From Takakia lepidozioides (lineage: Eukaryota; Plantae; Bryophyta): 64,000 nt of DNA. Every line of letters starts with the position of its first letter. The first letter of the stretch is position 1. The position numbers and the translations under genes were made by a program. Shown here in pieces: positions 1 through 12,242 of this stretch. The notes under the pieces are model-generated. The model saw only the letters and a list, made by a program, of their open reading frames with translations, did not search any database and was not told the DNA's origin. The stretch covers positions 67,890,001 through 67,954,000 of the forward strand of contig CM060733.1 in the NCBI GenBank assembly GCA_030704615.1, given 5' to 3'.

Positions 1-241
1 AGAGACAAAGATTTCTAGAATTCCAATGGCCGCCGGGTATTATCCCCCTCTGCGCCATATGACCATCTTTGACTCATAGTCCAAAAATACATACTAACGT
101 ACGTGGACCCAGCCCCATCACTTCATTACTGACTGGTAATTTATCACTTAATAAATAGCCTGCTGTATTTTGTCTTCACTGCTACTCCCTCTTATCCATG
201 CCAACTGTTTGATGAACTTCCTTCTTTTCTTTCCACCTGGT

Positions 242-425
242 AATGAGAAATCGTCATTTCATCCCCATGTTCACTCCCCAACATCCTTCCATCCTCTCAT
301 CCACCTGCAATGAAAAATCATTATTTCATCCCCATGTTCACTCCCCGACATCCTTCCATCCCGTCGTCCGAAAAACGTTATTTCATTCTGCCTGAATGAA
401 AAATCGCGTTTTCATCTCCTATTCG
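242..425. repeat. Short degenerate tandem repeat (~68-bp unit, TGAAAAATC...TTTCATCCCCATGTTCACTCCCC)
   Basis: Two near-identical copies at ~242-295 and ~310-362, plus partial copies to ~420. Confidence 0.7.
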
Positions 426-555
426 TGATCAAGTACCCCAAAACCCTAGAATCTTTGTCTTGTTTTGCATGCCTTCCGTGTTTCCCTCATCACCTCCATT
501 CGACCTACAGGTGTAAGTCCTCCATTTTTAAGCTGTCTGGCCCTCCGGACAACGC

Positions 556-828
556 TCACTCCACTTGCAATAACTTCAAATCTCGTCGTGATCTGCTCCA
601 TTGCTTCCCTCCACTGTCCTGTAACACACAAACTCGATCTGCCTCACTCCTCATTTCTTCCTGGTGTTTGTCTACATAAGCCTGAAACTTGTATGGTCCC
701 TCCCAAGACGATTCTAAATTCCGCTTCTTCCCTAGTCGGATCATCATCACGAGCTCGCCAGGCTGCAATTCTGTAAGTCCCTTCCTTCATCTGTGTCGTT
801 GCTTGTATGCTTTCTGTTGTGCTCCCTA
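556..828 (-). pseudogene. C-terminal part of an old Ty3/Gypsy-type integrase (GPY/F region), separated from its core by the chromovirus insertion
   Basis: LQPGELVM...WEGPYK motif. After removing 829-19723 it reads in frame with ORF 19721..19930 (..DSVTAA*GAQQKAYKQRHR*RKGLTELQPGEL), with two in-frame stops. Confidence 0.8.
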
Positions 829-1148
829 TGTCGCGGCCCTTTGCCTTGAGGGCAGGGGGGGGTCGGGACACATGAGGGGCTGCCCCTGTGGTGGGGGCAG
901 CGGCAGCGATAGGTAAGGGGGGCTGAAGCACCCTTGAGTGCCCAAGGCACTCAGGGAAGCAGAGGCGCTCACTAGGTGGAGCCCCGCACACCGGGTTGCG
1001 GTGGGGGTGGCTCCACAAGGGTGGTGGTAGCTTAGTGGGACTTAGTGGGGGTGGCATAGGACCACATGGGGGCGGAGAATCTCGTGGTGGGAGCGTGGGG
1101 AGTCTGGGCTAGAAACCTCATCACGGTCCATAGGGGCCGTGGTGAGCG
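829..1148 (+). repeat. 5' LTR, first part
   Basis: Collinear with 18992-~19307; starts TGTCGCGGCCC. Confidence 0.93.
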
Positions 1149-1256
1149 GCAGCGTAGCTACGGCGTGAGCCCAGCCCCGTGAGCCTGGGAGCTGAGCTCA
1201 CGTTCAAGCTTTGAAGCGTGAGCTGAGCTCACGCTTCAGGGAAGCGTGAGCGGCAC
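1149..1256. repeat. Left subterminal CGTGAGC/GCTCACG motif cluster
   Basis: About six copies in both orientations within ~100 bp. Confidence 0.8.
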
Positions 1257-1568
1257 GAATCTGCTGGAGAAGCAGGTCCTATAGGCGAGGATTGCAGGAA
1301 GAGGGCCTATTACCGTGGACAAAACAAAGGAGGCCACCATGCACCATGTCTGCAATGCGTGCCAAAAAAGAGGAATATGTAATATGGCAGATTTGAGCTC
1401 AGAATGATTGACACAGTTTATTTCAATTCACAGAGAGACGCTTACAATGAATCGCAAGTGCATTTGCCCTGGTTCCGTGAACGAAATGTATATGTTTGTC
1501 ATAAAATGAAAAGTCTTCACACGGCAACCTGGAAACCAGCATGGGAAGCGGGCATGGCTCGTATGTGT

Positions 1569-4500
1569 TCAAAGAGAAGTTGGCGGAGCTCTACGCGAGG
1601 TGTCCCGCTGCAGAAGGGTGATGACTTCTCCGTAGCCTAGTGTGGCTTGGTGAATGAATTGGTCTCTCTTACCGTCGCAACACATAATTACAAGGTATAT
1701 GTAATATTGATGCTTGCAGGGGACCCACTTCCCTCTCATGCCGAGAGCGCCCTCACGCATCGTTACAAAATCCGGACAAGTGCACGATGGGAAATTCCCG
1801 ATGGTAACTTGATATTCTTTGGCATGAAGAACTGAGCCAATTGACAGCACTGTGTAAATCCGTCCATACCCCGGGAAGGGACTTCGGTGATACGAGTCAC
1901 CCGAGCCTGCAAAATTCTAGCCGATTCCATCTTGCATTCGTGATCTGCACCCGAAGCAACACGGCGCACTGTTTTTCCATCTCTTTTTGTTGGGTGGGAG
2001 TCGGCACCGGGTGGAGGCATTGTCGGAGCATGTGGCACATCTGTGCCGACAGTGCATAAGGGCACCACCCGGGACCGTGCAAGACAAAACCCTCCCTCCT
2101 CCAGCATGCTTATCTCGGTTGAGGACAGCGATGTCCCAATTTTCACAGGCCAAATTGCGGGGGGAGGGGGCTTCATTATCACGGAAGGACGAACTGTTCC
2201 CTTCACGCATCGTGCCATATCGTCTGGGCAGAACCAAAACTTGTGCTCTTTTGACTCCCCACTATGATAAGGTCGGAACAACCCTGTGAATGTTGGAGCT
2301 GGAGTCCCCCTGGAGCCTTTGCATATTTTTGATTTGCATTTCTTGAATGAGGGGGTCCGAATTGCCATGCAAGCCACTCTAGATCCTGGTGGGGTGCGTT
2401 CTATATGCCAGTCACTATCAATGCAATCAGATTCCTGCACCATGGCCACCACCTCCTCCAATGGGATTCCCGCTGCTATGCTTGCATGTTCTGCACCTGC
2501 TCCACAGGAGGAGGACCCACCTGGGAAGGGGCCGGCACAGGACTTAGTCTGCACTGGAGACACCTTTGGCACAGAGAAATTGACCCTGTCTGGCCTATGG
2601 GAATCTCCATCTGACCCTGGAAGAGTGTTTAATTTCCTTTTGCATGATCCAAATCTTTCCTCGCCTTCCAAATGGGGGAGCCTGGATTGCAGAGGGGAGC
2701 CTTCAGTGCACCTGTTTAGAGCTCTGGCCATCTTTGACGGGTCTCCGGACCTACTCGCAGCCCTTAGCATCAACAAAGTCGTATCGGGGCCCTTCCCTCC
2801 ACCCCGTCCCATCAGAAAATTGCGGTACCTGGTTTGTTGTGTAAGTGCCCGCACCATGTCATCAGCAGTGGCCACATACAAGTCACGACCTGCTTTGGTA
2901 GACTGCTGCATCCAGGCGTTGTGAACAGTCTCTGCCAAATTACACGATGGCATGTCGGCCAAGTCCTCCAAGGACATGTCCTGCAGGAGGCATTGCATGG
3001 AAATGTGAGGAAGGAAAAGAAATGGTAGAGGTTCTTCAAGTGACAATCGAACAACCCCAAATGAACAGGCACGATGCAAAGTGCAATTTGTGTTTAAGGA
3101 AAACTTGTGAGGCTTACCGTCGTCATGAAAGCTCCCCACTGTCTGTACCTGAAGTGCCAGAAAACCAACCAGTCCTCCAACTCCTTCAGGTGGATACCTG
3201 TAGCAGCACCAGAGGAGAACCACCAAGCCCGGATTGCCTGGTAAGTGCTCTCAGCTTCTCCCATTGAGGTGGCATTCTTGTACTTCAGACAGAGCCTTCT
3301 ATGCTCCAACTGAAGGTCAGGGCGAATGCAGCGCTTTGTATGACGTGCCAGAGATTGACTCCAATGGAAGAGGCATGTGCGCTCCCTATTTTCCATTGGG
3401 ACCTTAGGATCCCCCGAACCAAACACGCGCCGCACTGCATTGAAATTTGCCTGTGCACTATCAGCCATGAAGCCCGCAAAATTTGTGTTCTGTATTCCAT
3501 TGCGCTGCATGACGGCCAGGAGGGAATTCCACATGAGCATCTGGGATTCAGTGTCCTCCGACTGCATATCACAAATTGCTATGGAGAGCACACGCTGGTA
3601 CGCTGGATCATACACATGGCACGCCATGGTTGTCCAACCCTTCACCCGTTTGCAGTGATCAAACATTAACCAACATTTAGCCAAATCTCCTCCAGGTTGC
3701 ATTCGGCGGACAATGCTCACACCACTGCCTTGGCCCACAGCGGACATCTTGAACAAATACACTTTGGACGAGCCCTGGCCAGGGAAGATACTGTTTTGAA
3801 TGAATTCATAGCGACTCCTCCGTTTGAGGTCCATAATGTTGTCCATGAATCCAGCAGTGCCTGTGCCCATTCTGAGTGCATTCACCTGGTTTCGAATATT
3901 GGGAGAGCTCAACACGGAGAAATGGTCCATGACTGCCTCAAGGGAATCTGCATCCAGCATTGGTTGTGTCGCATCCCCTTCACCCAGTATGTGTTTTTCC
4001 AGGAATGCCTTGCTAGCTGCAAGCGCTATAGCAGAAGGTGTTGCACAAGGGGCATTGTGGAACTCTTGCTTCAGTAGATTTTCTAGCGATGTCCACGCTA
4101 TCCCTGCAACTCCCTTTGGACACAGGATGCTCGTGTGCACCCATATGAATGCAGGCACGAGTCATTGTCTTGCATCGATGTGCCACCTGATACATACGAG
4201 CGTGGCAAACAGAAACACAGGACGGGGAAAGTTTGCAGAACCTGCACACAAAAGTATTGGTCTTGGGAGGTGCAAGCCCTGGGGTGAAAGGATTCAGGGG
4301 CACACCTTCCCACTCACTTTCGTTTGGCTGAGCGCTGTTTCTCAGCCGAGGGCAAGAAATATTCAGGCACTTGCAATGCCCAACGCAAACCGACCTCCGA
4401 AATTTCAAGCCAATGTCGTTATGGATGTTCGACGTTTTTGTCCTGCACCAAGGATGTCCGTCATGTTTCTTGTCCATGCCCTGCAGAAGCCCAGCCAGTC

Positions 4501-5151
4501 CACTGGAAGACGTGGGAGGGTTGAGCTCAAACAAGATGTCCCCATCAAACTGAGCTGGCACGTATTGAACCCGTTGCACTGGAAGGGACTCCCAATCAAC
4601 AAAACGTAGCTCGCTCTTGCACCCAGGCACACCTGCGAGGGCTTTCAATTTTGGAATGACACTCGTTATCTCTTGCAATTCGTCATCATCCAATAAGGGA
4701 GTTTGCACTGGCGGAGGAATCTCAGAAACATCCTCCGAGGACGAGTCTGAAAGAGTCACGAAGGTAGTGGATGTGCTCACCTCTTGTTTCACACAGGAAC
4801 TGTGCCCTTCTGTTGCACGACCGATGCTGCAGTGCCAGGGGTAACGACTGATCCTGCTGATTGTCTTCTCTCTTTTCCAAGGACACGGTATGTTCCTGGA
4901 AGGACTCTCCACTTCCTTCCACACTCGCCAACCAAAGGTTTCTCCAAGTGCCCAGAATCCAAATTCCCATCCTCGTCATACACCTCTTTCTGAACAAGCA
5001 GAGAACCCAACTCCAGCGGGAACACTGTAACCAGCTCATCCTCATGAACAACTGCATACCCATCGTCGTCTGCAGTGGCAGTCAGTGGAAGAGTACCTGC
5101 ATTGGAATGGAATCGAGCGAGTGCATCTCGCTCCCTCGACATGTTTTCCAT
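1569..5151 (-). CDS. Transposase: GCM/WRKY-like Zn DNA-binding domain + MULE-type DDE domain + C-terminal SWIM finger (about 3 apparent frameshifts, one intron at 2981-3117)
   Basis: DGHPW..TSN..FRRSVCVGHCKC...CRFC...C...GAHEHP (GCM-like). LMFDH, FMADSA, CLFHW and CNLAETVH give D-D-CxxH-E. SWIM motif CTCPDF...CKHQYY. The GT-AG intron joins MTT|DMS in frame. Start codon uncertain. Confidence 0.8.
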
Positions 5152-5934
5152 CACTGAACGAAACTGGCGATTCAGAACGGAATCCCCGAACTGAGAGCCC
5201 GTAATTATCGAAAGTGGAAATACCACAAGCAAACTGAGGTCAACAAGGGTAGCACCAAACCAAAGGCTGCCGGCGATGCATGCAAAGGATGTAGGGATGA
5301 CGTGCACCTTCACCTCCCACCAACCAGAAAAACTGTTTTGAAAGACCAGAGCCACAAGAAGCCGTGCTGTTTTTGGATGGAAAACAAACCCTGAAAATGA
5401 CATGAAACCATCCATTATGAAATGACGGCAACAACCCTGGAGAGCAGTAAACAGGAAGATCCGATTGTAATGAGATTGTGTTGTGCCAGAATAGCACAGA
5501 ACAAACACTGACACTCCAAGAGATACCTCGCACGAATGTGTGCAACACATGGTCATATCCGACACAATCCTTTATACCGAATGACCCCATGGGGACGGTC
5601 ACGGCAAAATGAAAACCACAGGGCAGGCAGTACAACACACGTGGATGCATATGTGAAGCATAACAATTATTGCGAATCTGGAAGAACTGCTCGGAATTGA
5701 AAAAGCACTACATTTCTACGGCACATTCGAATTTGAAAGAAGGCAAGGAGGCCGCCATGTATTGGCAGGCGGCGAAGTACATCTGACATATATCGCAAAT
5801 GCATGCAACGGATGTTCTTTTTCTTCGGCGCTTTATTAGCTGGGTAATACAAAGACGCCAAAATGGATGAATTCCGTTCGCACACAATATCAACACCCGC
5901 ATCCAAATACGGTTGACAACGTCCATTTTTATTT

Positions 5935-8900
5935 TTGTTACATGCGATACCAGCACTTGTTGCAAACGTCAAACTGGAGAGCTCCAGGGGCATCGTGGGG
6001 AGCCCTTGTTTCCAGCGGAGGAGAAAGAGAAGGAAGTCATTATACTTCACGAGTTCTAGAAACAGGAATAGAGCTAGATATAGAATGAGGATGGAAAGAG
6101 TGGAGGAAGAGGAAAAGGAGGAAGAAGAGGGAATACAGGAAAGTGTGGCGATGGAGGAGCAGGAATCTGGAGAAGAACAACAACCCACCATAGTTCCAGG
6201 AACAGGCGAGGAGGACACTGCGTCTGAGGGAGAGACAGACGACATGGAGGAAGATGTTGACACTGGCCTCACGAAGAATCTGACTACGGGAAAGAGGAAG
6301 GGGGAGAGGCTCACCTACATAGTCGGCGAAGAGAGCAGCCCGAAGCGGAAAGGGTCCCCGGCAATTGGGGAGTCTTCTCGAGTAGCCACGAAAAAGGTAA
6401 AATCTACAGGACCCACATTTGTGAAGAATTCGGCCTTCAAGGCAGGTATTTGAGAAAGAAGAACCATTCAGTGGCAGCTCAAACAGTGTGCGTTGCCGCA
6501 CACTGTTTGAGCTGCACATGTCACTGTTTAAGGGTGCAAAATTCTTCCTTCAACGACACCTTTCTGAGGATGAAATGAACCTTCACTTCCAGCTCAAACA
6601 GTGTGCGGCAACGCACACTGTTTGAGCAGATCTTTTCAATGTTTTAGGGTGCAAAATTTGGCCTTGCAGTCAGTTATCTGCGGGTGAAATGAACCCTTCA
6701 CTGCCAGCTCAAACAGTGTGCGGCAACGCACACTGTTTGAGCTGAACATTTCAATGTTTTAGGGTGCAAAATTTGGACTTCAGGGGCACCTATCTGAGGA
6801 TGAAATGAACCCTTCACTGCCAGCTCAAACAGTGTGCGTTGCCGCACACTGTTTGAGCTGAACATTTCAATGTTTTAGGGTGCAAAATTTGGACTTCAGG
6901 GGCACCTATCTGAGGATGAAATGAACCCTTCACTGTCAGCTCAAACAGTGTGCGGCAACGCACACTGTTTGAGCTGAACATTTCAATGTTTTAGGGTGCA
7001 AAATTTGGACTTCAGGGGCACCTATCTGAGGATGAAATGAACCCTTCACTGTCAGAACTCTGTTTGAGCTGTTTCAATGTTTCAGGGTGCAAAATTTGGA
7101 CTTCAGGGGCACCTGAAATGAACCCTTCACTGTCAGCCAGTGTGCGGCAACGCACACTGTTTGAGCTGAACATTTCAATGTTTTCGGGTGCAAAATTTGG
7201 ACTTCAGGGGCACCTGAGGATGAAATGAACCCTTCACTGTCAGCTCAAACAGTGTGCGGCAACGCACACTGTTTGAGCTGAACATTTCAATGTTTTTAGG
7301 GTGCAAAATTTGGTCTTGGGTCTGTTATCTGAGGGTGAAATGAACCCTTCACTGCCAGCTCAACAGTGTGCGGCAACGCACACTGTTTGAGCTGAACATT
7401 TCAATGTTTCAGGGTGCAAATTTGGACTTCAGGGGCACCTATCTGAAATGAACCCTTCACTGCCAGCTCAACAGTGTGCGGCAACGCACACTGTTTGAGC
7501 TGAACATTTCAATGTTTCAGGGTGCAAAATTTGGACTTCAGGGGCACCTATGAGGATGAAATGAACCCTTCACTGTCAGCCCAAACAGTGTGCGGCAACG
7601 CACACTGTTTGAGCTGAACATTTCAATGTTTCGGGTGCAAAATTTGGACTTCAGGGGCACCTATCTGAGGATGAAATGAACCCTTCACTGTCAGCCAAAC
7701 AGTGTGCGGCAACGCACACTGTTTGAGCTGAACATTTCAATGTTTTAGGGTGCAAAACTGTGAGGTTGAAATGGTGTGCGGCAACGCACACTGTTTGAGC
7801 ATTCAATGTTTTGGTGCAAAATTTGGTCTTGCTGTCTGTTATCTGGGGTGAAATGAACCCTTCACTGCCAGCTCAACAGTGTGCGGCAACGCACACTGTT
7901 TGAGCTGAACATTTCAATTTCTGGGTGCAAAATTTGGACTTCAGGGGCACCTATTTGAGGATGAAATGAACCCTTCACTGTCAGCCCAAACAGTGTGCGG
8001 CAACGCACACTGTTTGAGCTGAACATTTCAATGTTTCTGGGTGCAAAATTTGGACTTCAGGGGCACCTATGTGAGGATGAAATGAACCCTTCACTGTCAG
8101 CCCAAACAGTGTGCGGCAACGCACACTGTTTGAGCTGAACATTTCAATGTTTTTAGGGTGCAAAATTTGGTCTTCATCATTTCTGGGATAAAATGAACCC
8201 TTCACTGTCAGCTCAAACAGTCTGCGGAACCGCACACTGTTTTAGCAGAACATATCAATATTGAAGGGCGCAACCTTCGGCCCTCATGGGCACATATCTG
8301 AGGATGAAATGAATCCTTTACTGCCAGCTCAAACAGTGTGCGGCAACGCACACTGTTTGAGCAGAACTTTTCAATGTTCTTTCCCTGTGAAAATCGGGAA
8401 CATAGGGCAGGTCCGTGAGGATCAATGAACACTTACCTGGCAGCTCAAAGAACATTACCTGTTTGATCCCACTTTTTCATGCATCAGTCGACGTTTCATT
8501 CCTCTCTTATAAGAATTTGAGTGAACAACCTTGCAGGAGAAAATGCAAAGTGTGGCGGATGAGGTCCCTCAGGGTCAGGGGAAGGAGACCATAGTTGATG
8601 TTGACGATGAGTTTTATGAAAGCAAAGCCGCTGAGATGCTGGGGGGTCAAAAGGTGAACTCTCAGCTTGTGGTTCAAAGTATGCTTGCTCCTGGTGGGAG
8701 GTTGAAGATTCCCCTGTGTAGGTTGGTTTCCATGCCCGTCGTTCGTCCACCCCTTGTCAAAGACATTCTCAAGCTGGAGGCCGAGTTTGTTCATGGGTAT
8801 TTGGATGGATCCGCAGTCTTTTACGTTTCTACTAGGGATTCTAGAGGTAACGAGCTCCTTGTGGATGAGTCAATCGTCGACTCCTGGGACCCCATTTGGA

Positions 8901-11900
8901 GACAGGTGAACGAATCCTTCGAACTTCTTCCTCTCCAGGAAACCTTCCACCCAGGTTATTCTCGGGAAGATGTTTCACGTTTGGGATGGCAACCACGGTT
9001 GCTTGCATGGATGGCTGTCATTGGGAGGCTGCACTCACAAGAGGAAGAGTGGCATTACTCTGTTCGATCGATGGTGCTTGATTGTGACGACAACATGATG
9101 GGGTCTTCTGACGGCAATGAATGTGTGAACAGGTTTGGTTTTCATTGTACATGTGCACTTCTGGTTCCGTTCTTCCTTGATTCAAGTCCTTGAATTACAT
9201 TCTGAAATTCAGATATCATTCTGCAGGGGACGGAGACATCGCATGTCAAAACGAGTCTGGTTCACAACTGTACAGGATACAAAGGATCGGGCAGATGCCT
9301 TGACCAACTTCAAGACAATCCTTTTGGCAGAGATGTATAAGAAATGCGAAAGCTCCAAGACACTTCGGAAACGTGGGTACTCGTTGACCCGTGAGGCTTT
9401 CATGGAGTACATGTATACGGTGAGATACATCTTCCTTCATCTGGCCTTTCCATATTCCTGCTTCCACATGTTTGTTTCTGTCTGTCTCCCTTGACCTTGG
9501 ATTGATGCAACCTCTTTGCATTCCCTTGCAGCAAGACATTGCAGATGCAGGGGAGCGTGGCAAACTGGAATACTACAGCTCTACCCCTGAGAGAGAAGGA
9601 CAGCAAAGGGGTTGAAAAGTCACATCCAGAAGGAGATGAACGCTACAAGAAGGACAATAATGAGTGCTTTTGTGAAGCAGTTGAGAATTGCCGACCCATC
9701 ATTCGGGCCGCAGTTTCTCCTGGAGATAAAAAACCATTATAACAAGCCAGGCAAGCCGGAGATGGCCCAGGAGAAGTTGCACAGTGTCTACCGCCGTCGT
9801 GTCTTCTGAACAGAAAGTGGCTACAGATATGGAACTCCGATCCCACAGTTAGGGATACCCACATGTTCCCAAGGCCAGAGAAAGAGAAGAAGACCCAGCG
9901 TGTCGTTCCTGTCAGTGACAATGTGCTAGACACCTGGCTTCACAAGGCCACTTACTGGAGCCAGGTGTGATGTCCTCTCGTATCTCACTTTCTTTTCTCT
10001 TTTCCTGTCCTTTCTTCCCATTGCCTCTTACATTCGCTGTGATTGTTTTTGGGTTCATTCTTCCATTTCAATTTTTTTGCAGTTGGAAGAAAGGGCCCGA
10101 TCGGTTCTGCATACTCAGCTGGCTGACTATGGCATCACTATGACAGCTCCGAAGGTCTCCTTCGAAGCATACATGAGGAAATGGAGAGCCACAGTGTGGC
10201 ACTCTGGTTTCTTTAGAGAGTTCAGCAAGGAGGGTGGCATCAGTCGAACAAATGAGCTTGACCAGCAGGAAAAAGGAGAGGAAGCCTGGAAACGATGCCT
10301 TTACAGGTGCACACCCTTGCACTCTTTACTTGTGTTGTGGTTGCAATGTGTTGTGTGGCATACTATTTAAGGGGGTCTTCCTGGTGTGATGAAAAAGCTG
10401 GGACACACAATATGTGCATTGGAAAATGAGGCTGTGTCTGTTCTGCAGGTACATTAAGTTTGTTCTCCTGGAAGAGAATTGCTTGGACAAACATCCAGAT
10501 TTCGTGGACCTTTGGCTTGTCCCTGCTGGCAACCAGACCATGTTCACTGCTTGGATCTTGCATGACTGGGGCCCAGACCATCTTTCTTCTTGTGGTGGTA
10601 TTTGGATTGCCCTCCTTCAGAGACCCAGCTGTGGAGGTGTCTTTGAGGAGAGAGAATGACCGTATTGCAGCCACTGCCGCAGCAGCGGACCTCGACATTC
10701 ATGAGCGTAATCTGAGGACTCTTGCAGAGAAGGAGCCTCCCGCTCAGGATACCCGGGTAGAGGAAGAAAGGCAAAGGGAAAGATGTTGCTGGTGTTGTGG
10801 GGAAGGGAAGGGGTAGAGGGAAGGTGGCACAAGGGCAGGGAAGTGTTGCAGCTATTGGCCCTGTGGAGCATGTCCAGCAGACTCCACCGCATGGTAGGGG
10901 ATCCGGGAGAAAAAACAAGGGGGTGGTTGATCCCAAGGACCCGTACCATGCAGTGGAACATCCCACGAGGGTCATTCGTCCAACCAGGTTGGAGATTGCC
11001 AACGTCGGGTTCCTTGCCATGATGGAGTCGAAGAAATCTGATTACAAGGGCGAGCCATCACCAATGTGGGAGAGGATTGTCGAGTTCCTCAGCACGGTGC
11101 GTGTTCTCTTTGGGTTCTGTGGCTTCTGCTCTCTTTGTCTGCTGTGGGCATGGATCGTTTATAACTTGTCAGAATTCCATTTTTTTGTTTGCAGGCTAAA
11201 ATGACCAAATCGTGGGTGAACGGGAAGGAGAAGCCATATGCAGCCGAACTCATCATCTTGGACATCCTGATGGGTTGGCAGTCCCGGATATCCCCCATCG
11301 GGTGCTTGTCCAGGTTGGAATGCATTTGATGAGCGCTACAGGCGGTGGTGGGTTTTTCCTTTGCAACTTCTTCCTTTCCGATGCAGGTGTTTTGGTTGCT
11401 CATCCAGTCCATCGATGTTCGGTGTCGCCGTGCCCTTGCCAGCTATTTGAAAGCCTCGGGCATGAGAGTCGTGAAGACATGGAATTGTGTGAACAGCATG
11501 TACCTTACGAAGGGGGATCGTCCGGGAGAGATGGTGAGTTTCCCTTCTTCTTCCTCTTCTTTTTTGTTCTGGGATTGTGTTTGTATAGGTCGCTCGAACT
11601 CATATAGGGGCCCGATTTTTTTTTGGTTCTTAGTTCCTTGTGGATGTCATGTTCGCAGACTCGTCTGTTTGAAGCTGTTTGTCTCGTCCGGGTGCATCCA
11701 CCAACGACTCCGGCCGGCATTACGGAGTTTGCCATCACTCACGGGGCAAGTTCATAGATGACAGGACAGATCCTCCCACAGATGACATGCATCACAACTA
11801 CGTCGACAGCAACGTGTGCTTGCGAAGGGGGAATGGGGTTCCTTGGAGAGGGGCGAGGGAGAGGAGCCCGGTTTTCATTCAAACGATTGTGGAGTGTTGC

Positions 11901-12242
11901 ACCTACACAGACGCCAGAGTTCTGGATTTGTCGATGGGCACAGGTTCGTCTCTTCAACATTCACATTTCATGAGGTTTGATTGAGCTTGCACTTTCAGCA
12001 CTTTCCACCGTTCCGAATGTGGTCTTCAATGTCTGCTTACTTCATTCTATTCCACTGCAGGTGCTTCGTACCATGCTTGCAAGGCCAGTGCGCGACATCT
12101 CTTTGGGATTGAAGGGGATGCTGAGATTTACAAGAACCTCCTGGGGTTGGGTGGACACACTTCTCAGTCCTTCCGAAGCCCCGTCCCGCTGATACTGATA
12201 CAGAGGAGACTTCTGACAAGGAGCTGGACTCCGACTTTGCCT
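5935..12242 (+). CDS. Multi-exon gene: acidic N-terminus, ParB/Srx-like domain, helical region, beta-class N4C/N6A DNA methyltransferase-like domain (apparent frameshifts)
   Basis: Putative exons ~5935-6445, 8537-9132, 9227-9419, 9532-9964, 10083-10306, 10449-11096, 11195-11533, 11659-11943, 12061-~12242 with GT-AG borders. FHVWDGNH(R) at ~8970-9000, LIILDI(P)DG at ~11245-11275, and spliced ERSPVFIQTIVECCT...VLDLSMGTG|ASYHACKASARHLFGIEGD. The exon 1 to exon 2 link is out of phase by 1 nt, so it is uncertain. Confidence 0.72.
6475..8470. repeat. Tandem array of ~18 x 115-116-bp units, each with the 40-bp palindrome CAGCTCAAACAGTGTGCG-GCAA-CGCACACTGTTTGAGCTG
   Basis: Palindrome starts at 6475, 6590, 6705, 6821, 6937 ... 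8325. Central units are partly collapsed. Confidence 0.97.

Noticed and set aside
644-1057. Proline-rich ORFs here and at 18829-19557
   Set aside because: Incidental frames in GC-rich LTRs, not conserved in frame between the two LTRs.
6475-8470. CRISPR array
   Set aside because: Inter-palindrome sequences are near-identical (two variants), there are no cas genes, and the context is a eukaryotic transposon.
5935-12242. Bacterial or phage contamination as the source of the ParB-MTase
   Set aside because: The gene has multiple GT-AG introns and lies inside a TSD-bounded insertion in a plant LTR.
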